From Mycobacteriales bacterium (GTDB taxonomy: Bacteria > Actinomycetota > Actinomycetes > Mycobacteriales > JACQDL01): 64,000 nucleotides of DNA. The first letter of the stretch is position 1. Every line of letters begins with the position of its first letter. Below are positions 58,484 through 64,000 of this stretch, piece by piece. The translations under genes were made by a program, and so were the position numbers. Below the pieces are notes generated by a model that made no database searches, was not told the origin of the DNA, and saw only the letters and a program-made list of their open reading frames with translations. The stretch spans positions 5,139 through 69,138 of the forward strand of contig DATILL010000150.1 of NCBI GenBank assembly GCA_035476575.1, read 5' to 3'.

Positions 58484-58789
58484 GTGACCGACGTGGCCGA
58501 GCGCAGCGATGGGAAAGCACTACGGGAACGCCGGATGAGCGAGCCCGGCGCTGACGCCGCGTACCGGGCAGCCCGGCTGGCCTTCGAGCTTGGCCACAGT
58601 CCGTGCGCTGCGCGAACAATGTGGTTGGGCCAGGGCGAGCTGGCTCGGCTCGCCGGCATGACGCAGTCCGCGGTGGCCCGGTTTGAGGCCGGTGGCACGG
58701 TGCCGACCTTGCCGGTTTGGGAGCGGTTGGCCGGAGCGCTTGATGCTGAGCTCGTCGTTCAGGTCACCCCCCGGCCACAGGTGGCGTGA
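58484..58789 (+). CDS. XRE-family HTH protein (antitoxin-like)
   Basis: 101 aa: ..QGELARLAGMTQSAVARFEAGGTVPTLPVWERLAGALDAELVVQVTP. HTH helix 1 looks scrambled (see finding). An alternative start is ATG 58535. Confidence 0.65.
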   Translation: MTDVAERSDGKALRERRMSEPGADAAYRAARLAFELGHSPCAARTMWLGQGELARLAGMTQSAVARFEAGGTVPTLPVWERLAGALDAELVVQVTPRPQVA

Positions 58790-58849
58790 GACCCGAGGTC
58801 CGGGCGCAGGACGCCGCGTGACACGCGGAGCTTTGCCGAGCTACCGGGG

Positions 58850-60046
58850 TCAGGCGCAGGCGGACTTGGCGATGAGAACCCGCCGTACCGCCTCGTTGAC
58901 CCGGGCCGCGGGCAGCTCCCCGCTGGCGACCGCGGCCTGCAGCCGGTCCAGCACGGCTGCCGGCCCGGCGCCCGAGGTCCACAGGGCGATGTCGGCGCCA
59001 GCCCGCAGCGCCCGCAGCACGGCGTCGGCGAGACCGAACCGGTCGGTGACGGCCTTCATCGAGCCGAGGTCGTCGGTGATGGCCACGCCGCCGAACCGGT
59101 ATTCCGTGCGGAGCAGGCGGTACGCGGCGGGGCTCAGCGAGGCCGGCTGACCGCCGGTCAGGCCGGGGACGTCGAGGTGGCCCACCATGACCGCGACCGG
59201 TCCGAAAGACGGCAGCCAGCGGTACGGGACCAGGTCATCGCCGCGCAGCACGCCGATCGGCGGGGTGGTCACCCGGCCGGCGTGCGAGTCACCACTGGCG
59301 TGGCCGTGCCCGGGGAAGTGCTTGACCACCGGCAGCACCCCGGCGGCGCGCAGGCCCGCGGCGAACGCCGCCGCGTACCGCGTCGACACCAGGGGGTCCG
59401 CGCTGAACGAGCGGTCACCGATCACCGCGTCGTCCGACCCAGCGCCGATGTCGACGACCGGCGCGAAGTCGACGGTGACGCCGAGCTGGCGGAGCTGCCG
59501 GCCACGGGCGAGCGCCAGCTCCCGCACCTGCCGGAGCGACATGGTCGCGGCCATCGTCTGGGCGCTCGGGATCGAGCCGCCCAGCCGGTCGATGCGCTGC
59601 ACCCGGCCGCCCTCCTCGTCGACCGCCACCAGCAGCGGGAGCCGCGACGCGGCCCGCACCCGCGCCAGCGCGTGGCCCGACAGCAGCCCGGTCGCCGTGC
59701 CCCCAATGAAGATGCCGCCGACCTGTTCGCCGCGTACCAGCCGAGTGGCCGCGCCGGGTCCGGTCGGGTCGACGCCGAGGACAAGGAGCTGGGCCAGCCG
59801 GCGCCGGAGTGGCAGCGCCGCGACGACCGCGGCGCAGGTCGGCTGGGAGGCGTCGGTCCTAGTGGCACTGTTGGGGGTGGCGGCAGGCCGGGTGGCCTGT
59901 GGCGGCTGGGTCGGCCCTCCGCCGGCCGAGCCGCCGGCCGCTTCGGTGGAAGTTACGCGCCGCGCTGGGTGGGCGGTGGCCACGCCGATGACGATCAGCC
60001 CGGCCGCCAGCCAGGCGATCCTCCGGTCGGGCCGCCTCGATCCCAC
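58850..60046 (-). CDS. glycoside hydrolase family 3 (NagZ/LpqI-like beta-N-acetylhexosaminidase), secreted
   Basis: 398 aa: N-terminal hydrophobic signal, LLVAVDEEGGRVQR, FAPVVD, KHFPGHGHASGDSH. Confidence 0.85.
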   Translation of the reverse strand: MGSRRPDRRIAWLAAGLIVIGVATAHPARRVTSTEAAGGSAGGGPTQPPQATRPAATPNSATRTDASQPTCAAVVAALPLRRRLAQLLVLGVDPTGPGAATRLVRGEQVGGIFIGGTATGLLSGHALARVRAASRLPLLVAVDEEGGRVQRIDRLGGSIPSAQTMAATMSLRQVRELALARGRQLRQLGVTVDFAPVVDIGAGSDDAVIGDRSFSADPLVSTRYAAAFAAGLRAAGVLPVVKHFPGHGHASGDSHAGRVTTPPIGVLRGDDLVPYRWLPSFGPVAVMVGHLDVPGLTGGQPASLSPAAYRLLRTEYRFGGVAITDDLGSMKAVTDRFGLADAVLRALRAGADIALWTSGAGPAAVLDRLQAAVASGELPAARVNEAVRRVLIAKSACA

Positions 60047-60300
60047 GATGGCAGTGGATCCTCCGTCGACGTTGCGTGGTCGGCCCCAGCATGCCCGCTG
60101 TCGCCTGTTCCTTCAGCACCGGCGCACTATCAGGCGGCGGCGAGGGTCCCGTTCGTGCCGATATGCAGTCATGCGGTGGCGGGCCGGGGCAGTGGTCGTC
60201 ATCCGCTCACTCCGCTCGTTCGGGTCATTCGGCTCATTCGAACGGGGGTCTTTTCGAGTGCACCGTCAGGCCGTAGTGGGTGGGCCAGTAGGTTCCTGCC

Positions 60301-61563
60301 GTGTCCGTGAACTCGCCGGGCGAGCTCGGTCGCCGTCGAAGGCTGGTGCTGCCGCGTGCCAACGGGCCTTTCGGGTTGTTACCCGCCTGGTCCGGCTGGC
60401 TGTCGCCGCGGCGGCGAGTTGCGGTGACTCCGAGGCGCCAGCCGGCGCTGGCGGCGTTGGTGGCCGATGTCGCCGCTGAGCTTGGCCAGCGGTCACCGCA
60501 GCGGGTCTGGCTGGCCGCGGGGCCGACAGCGAGGCTGGTTACCTTTCCTGCCCGACGGCCTCACCTGTACCTCGGACACCCGTACGTGCGGTGCCTGTCC
60601 GGGCCGGAGCTGCGGACGGTCGTGGCACACGAGCTGGCCCACGTGCCGGTCGGTGTGCCCCACCTGGCTCGTCGGGTGCTGGAGCCGCGGATGGGCCAGG
60701 CTGAACGTTTCGCGGGCCTGCGGCCGGCCGAGGCTCGGCCGCTTGCGAACGCGGTGAAGCTGGCCGCGGACGCGACCGTGACCCGGCTGGTCGGCGTTGA
60801 CCTGGCCGGGCGGGCGCTGGCCCGGTCGCACCTGCTCGGCGAGGCCTTCGGCTGGTTCATGAGCACCTGCGTCGTACCGATGCTGCGGGCCGGGCTGTAT
60901 CCGATCGACCTGTACGACGGCTGGGAGGAGAAGTTGGCCCAGCCGTCGTTCGCCGCCGAGATGGGGTCACGGGTGCTCGGGCTGCTCGCCGACGAGGCGG
61001 GGGAGCTGGCCGCCGGGAGGCTGCTCGCTCCCAGCAGCCTGCCGGTCCCGCTGGTACCGCTGGATCCGGCCGTCAAGGACCGCCTGGTACGCGCACTGCT
61101 GGGCGTCGGTCGGTTCCGCGGACCGCGCGGGGTCACCTTCGCCGACCCCGTGGTGCTGGACGCCTACGATGCGGACCTCGCTCAGGCGTACGACGCGCTG
61201 CGGACGGCGGCACGCGAGGTGCTCGGCCAGCCGGAGATGACCGACGGCGACATACATGGGCTGGTCCTTGGTCCGCGACGCCGGGAGCTCCACCGGGCGC
61301 TCGACGCGGTCGAGCCGGACCGGGTTGACCCCGTGGCGGTGCTCACCCTGCTGTACTCCTCCCGGCTGAGACGGGCTGGCTACCGTTACGAGTCGGCGCT
61401 GCTTCGTGATGTGCTGCGCCCCCCGGATGGCGGCGAGCCGATCGACGTCGCCGCGCTGGCCCGGGTCGTGGCAGCCGATCCTGCCGATGAGGCGGCGCGT
61501 GTCGACGCCGTCGCGCTGCTCAACCTGGGCCAGGACCCGGCGCCTGTTCGAGCGCCAACGTAA
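60301..61563 (+). CDS. hypothetical protein with M48-like HExxH motif
   Basis: 420 aa: ..LSGPELRTVVAHELAHVP.. The rest is not recognised. The start is uncertain. Confidence 0.5.
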   Translation: MSVNSPGELGRRRRLVLPRANGPFGLLPAWSGWLSPRRRVAVTPRRQPALAALVADVAAELGQRSPQRVWLAAGPTARLVTFPARRPHLYLGHPYVRCLSGPELRTVVAHELAHVPVGVPHLARRVLEPRMGQAERFAGLRPAEARPLANAVKLAADATVTRLVGVDLAGRALARSHLLGEAFGWFMSTCVVPMLRAGLYPIDLYDGWEEKLAQPSFAAEMGSRVLGLLADEAGELAAGRLLAPSSLPVPLVPLDPAVKDRLVRALLGVGRFRGPRGVTFADPVVLDAYDADLAQAYDALRTAAREVLGQPEMTDGDIHGLVLGPRRRELHRALDAVEPDRVDPVAVLTLLYSSRLRRAGYRYESALLRDVLRPPDGGEPIDVAALARVVAADPADEAARVDAVALLNLGQDPAPVRAPT

Positions 61564-61631
61564 CCGAGTCCGACGTACCAAAAAGACTATAGACCCGGCC
61601 ACCGACAGAACCGAGTCGCAAAGGAAGACCT

Positions 61632-61761
61632 GTGGTGACCTGTCGTCGTTGTGGTGACCTGTTGTTGTCTGTGGGGAACGATAGGTCACCACAACGCCGG
61701 TAGGTGACCACACGGGGGGCGAGGGGAACGATAGGTCACCACAACGCCGGTAGGTGACCAC
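61632..61761. repeat. dispersed hairpin repeat family, locus D: one forward unit, two reverse units at 50-bp period
   Basis: GTGGTGACCTGTCGTCGTTGTGGTGACC (61632-61659), followed by TGTTGTTGTCTG as in locus A. GGTCACCACAACGCCGGTAGGTGACCAC at 61684-61711 and 61734-61761. Confidence 0.9.
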
Positions 61762-61779
61762 ACGAGGAGCGGGGAACGG

Positions 61780-62010
61780 TTAGTCTGCGTACGCCGTCCC
61801 CTGGGTCTGAGCGTGATCCTCGCGGACGAAGTGATCAAGCGGTGCCGCGTGCCGCCGAAGGACGTCGATGGCGCTCTTCTTGTCCGGGCAGTACGCCATC
61901 ACCCGTGACTCGTTCCTGATACGCAGCACCTGCTGACCGTCGAGGCAGACCACGTCAATGCGCCAAGGGCCGCAGACCAGGGCTGGGCAACGCGGCTCGG
62001 ATCCGTCCAT
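61780..62010 (-). CDS. small hypothetical protein
   Basis: 76 aa from ATG 62010 (GGGAG 5 nt upstream): MDGSEPRCPALVCGPWRIDVVCLDGQQVLRIRNESRVMAYCPD.. AT-richer than the core genes. Confidence 0.45.
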   Translation of the reverse strand: MDGSEPRCPALVCGPWRIDVVCLDGQQVLRIRNESRVMAYCPDKKSAIDVLRRHAAPLDHFVREDHAQTQGTAYAD

Positions 62011-62433
62011 ATCCGCTCCCTTCGCCCGATTCGCCTCCACCCCCGCGTGCCCCGATATTCGCAGGCCTTAAGATACCCCACGGGTACGGCGGGCGGCTTA
62101 GCTCGATCGGCGGACAGCGTAGTGTGTCCTGCGCTGCCCGGTCCTGCCAGACGGATCGGCGCTGGCTCGCTGCGCCATTCGCGCGCGGTCAACTGGGCCA
62201 ACGGACCAGGACCGCGCCATAACGGTCAGCCCAATATGACGGTTGCACGGCATGTCGACGGCATTTCGCACGGGGCCGACCGGGCGTGTGCCATTGGTCC
62301 GTTAGCGAGCCGGAAACATTCGCGTTCACCATTGTCATGTCCGGCGTTCCGCCGAATGTGCGAGCGGATTGTTACGACCCCACGAAGGTCATCCTCGCTT
62401 GAGTGCGATATCCGAGCTTGGGCTGGAGGGGTG

Positions 62434-62925
62434 ATGGGTCAACCGCGGTACCTCATCGTATCCGCAATGGCGCCCGCACCGGCTGGCCCGTGGTTTGCCT
62501 GGCGGCTGATCGGGGCCAACAGCCGCGAGCTCGGCCGCAGCGCCCAGACCTACGCCGACCTGGCCACCTGCTGGCTGGCGACCGCCCGGTTGCGGCGCCG
62601 GCTCGACGACACCGACCAGGTGGTCACGCCGCACAAGCGGACCGGAGAGTGGACCTGGCGGCTGGAGATCGACGGCGTCGCGGTGGCCGTCGCCGCCCCC
62701 ACCTACCTACGGCAGCGAGAGTGCGCCTACAACCTCACGCAGTTCCTGGCGGCGCCGGTTGCCCGGATCACGGACCAGCAGGCGCTGCTCACCCGGCCAG
62801 TCGAGTGGCAGGCCCGGCGGCCGCGGGACACGGGTGACGAGGAGAGCGCAGGCCCGGCGGCACCGGCCGTCCGGCCGCTCCACCCATGGGCGCTCCACCC
62901 ATGGGCCCGAACGGCCGCCGGATGA
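62434..62925 (+). CDS. YegP/DUF1508-like tandem-domain protein
   Basis: 163 aa from ATG 62434 (GGAGG upstream), where third-position GC rises. Two repeats of the W(F/T)WRL..(S/A)..Y pattern: WFAWRLIGANSRELGRSAQTY and WTWRLEIDGVAVAVAAPTY. Confidence 0.55.
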   Translation: MGQPRYLIVSAMAPAPAGPWFAWRLIGANSRELGRSAQTYADLATCWLATARLRRRLDDTDQVVTPHKRTGEWTWRLEIDGVAVAVAAPTYLRQRECAYNLTQFLAAPVARITDQQALLTRPVEWQARRPRDTGDEESAGPAAPAVRPLHPWALHPWARTAAG

Positions 62926-63344
62926 GCCAACGGTCGGACGGCCCGGCACCGCGCCCGATCGTGGCGACGGTCGGAGTCGGGGACCGGATCTTCCGGGGCA
63001 CGGCGCGCGGCGGCGGCATCGTCGTACTGCTGATCATGCTGTTGGTCGGCCTCTTCCTGGACTACCGCGCGTTACAGGCGCTGCACGTTGCCGGCTGGTC
63101 GTTCCTGACCACCCAGCGCTGGCAGCCGGACGCGCACGACTTCGGCATCGCCGCGGTGCTGGTCGGCACCGTGCTGATCGGGCTGGTCGCCGTCGTGTTC
63201 GCGGTCCCGCTCGCGGTCGGGACAGCGCTGTACATCAGCGAGTACGCCCCGCCACGGCTGCGCCGGATGCTGGTCAGCCTGGTCGACCTCATGGCGGCGG
63301 TGCCCAGCATCGTCTACGGGCTGTGGGGCTTCTTCTACCTGTAG
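62922..63344 (+). pseudogene. pstC: phosphate ABC transporter permease PstC, N-terminal 140 aa only
   Basis: MSQRS..GDRIFRGTARGGGIVVLLIMLLVGLFL..ALYISEYAPPRLRRMLVSLVDLMAAVPSIVYGLWGFFYL, then TAG at 63342. Full-length PstC is roughly twice as long. Confidence 0.7.
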
Positions 63345-63959
63345 TTCAGCCGGTTCTCGGCCGCCCCGTCCGGGACGACGACGCCGGGCCTGACCTACAT
63401 CCCGTTCGCCATTGACGCGGTCAGCTTCGCGGTGACCAACGACAGCAACCTGCCGCGCCAGCTCACCAAGGCCGACCTGATCTCCATCTACCAGTGCCAG
63501 ATCCCCGGCATCACGCCGTACATCCCGCAGGCGGGCTCGGGCACCCGGTCGTTCTGGCTGAGCTATCTCGGCATCACCGACGTGACGCTCTTCCCGTGCA
63601 TCAAGGACGCCAAGAACGGCGTCCCGATCGAGGAGCACGACGGCCGTGTCCTTGATGCCAACAGCCTGATCCCGATCTCGGTGGCGCAGAACATCGCACA
63701 GGCCGAGGGCACCCTCACCGACCTGCGCGGCAAGTCGGTGCTGGGCACCATTGACGGCACCCTGCCGCAGACCCTCAACGGCGGCTTCGCGGTCAAGCGC
63801 GAGATCTACAACGTTGTCCCGACGTCGTAGCTGACCGACTCGACGATCGCGGCCGTCTTCGTCGGTTCGGGCTTGCAGATCTGCTCGCTCATCTCGGTCA
63901 TCAACCAGTTCGGCTTCGCCACCGACCCGGAGTGCGGCACCACCAACCAGCACACCTGA
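63345..63959 (+). pseudogene. PstS-like periplasmic binding protein fragment with internal TAG
   Basis: Same frame as pstC: FSRFSAAPSGTTTPGLTYIPFAIDAVSFAVTNDSNLPRQLTKADLISIYQC..QAGSGTRSFW.. The N-terminal ~100 aa are missing. An in-frame TAG at 63828 is followed by the C-terminal ..VFVGSGLQICS..DPECGTT. Confidence 0.6.
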
Positions 63960-64000
63960 CCGTCGTCCGAGCTTGGCTCGTTTGTGCGGAACCTCCCAGG

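Noticed and set aside
63342-63830. Amber (TAG) read-through or pyrrolysine-type recoding of the two in-frame TAG codons.
   Set aside because: There is no supporting machinery in the window. The joined segments belong to unrelated proteins and both are truncated. A pseudogene chimera is far more likely.

Overview
High-GC actinobacterial chromosome segment, about 70 real genes. All calls are made by eye from the ORF track and my own translation. Product names rest on remembered family signatures, not on searches.

Backbone, left to right:
- A minus-strand stress cluster: dnaK-grpE-cbpA-cbpM-clpB, then trxC and a cNMP-domain/thioredoxin-reductase fusion.
- An NHEJ set: separate LigD polymerase and ligase genes, plus ku.
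- A long block resembling, from memory, M. tuberculosis Rv3193c-Rv3208A: TetR, DUF3107, DUF3152, moeZ, an MGMT-like gene, adnA/adnB, nudC, mycoredoxin, uvrD2, whiB7, an ABC1 kinase, DUF5679, a PDZ-Lon protease and UPF0182.
- An initiator-type tRNA-Met.

I see no complete, obviously novel multi-gene system. The regions most worth a second look are:
1. A gene-decay hot spot at 9.7-16.8 kb. It holds frameshifted LuxR, HdeD and BON genes, a truncated integrase, and an ISL3 element without target duplication. It also holds a relic graspetide (ATP-grasp RiPP) locus whose 58-codon precursor ORF looks intact while both enzyme genes look broken.
2. A dispersed repeat family, GTGGTSACC-N10-GTGGTGACC in 50-bp tandem units, at four gene-end loci.
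3. Two clusters of DnaA-box-like 9-mers (46.7 kb and 48.2-48.3 kb) that are not at an oriC.
4. A whiB7 leader with a strong-RBS 96-codon uORF ending just before a perfect terminator hairpin.
5. An AT-richer islet at 23.7-25.4 kb.
6. A decayed island next to tRNA-Met.
7. A pstC/binding-protein chimera with in-frame TAG codons at the right edge.

Many long track ORFs are antisense or shadow frames typical of high-GC DNA and were ignored.
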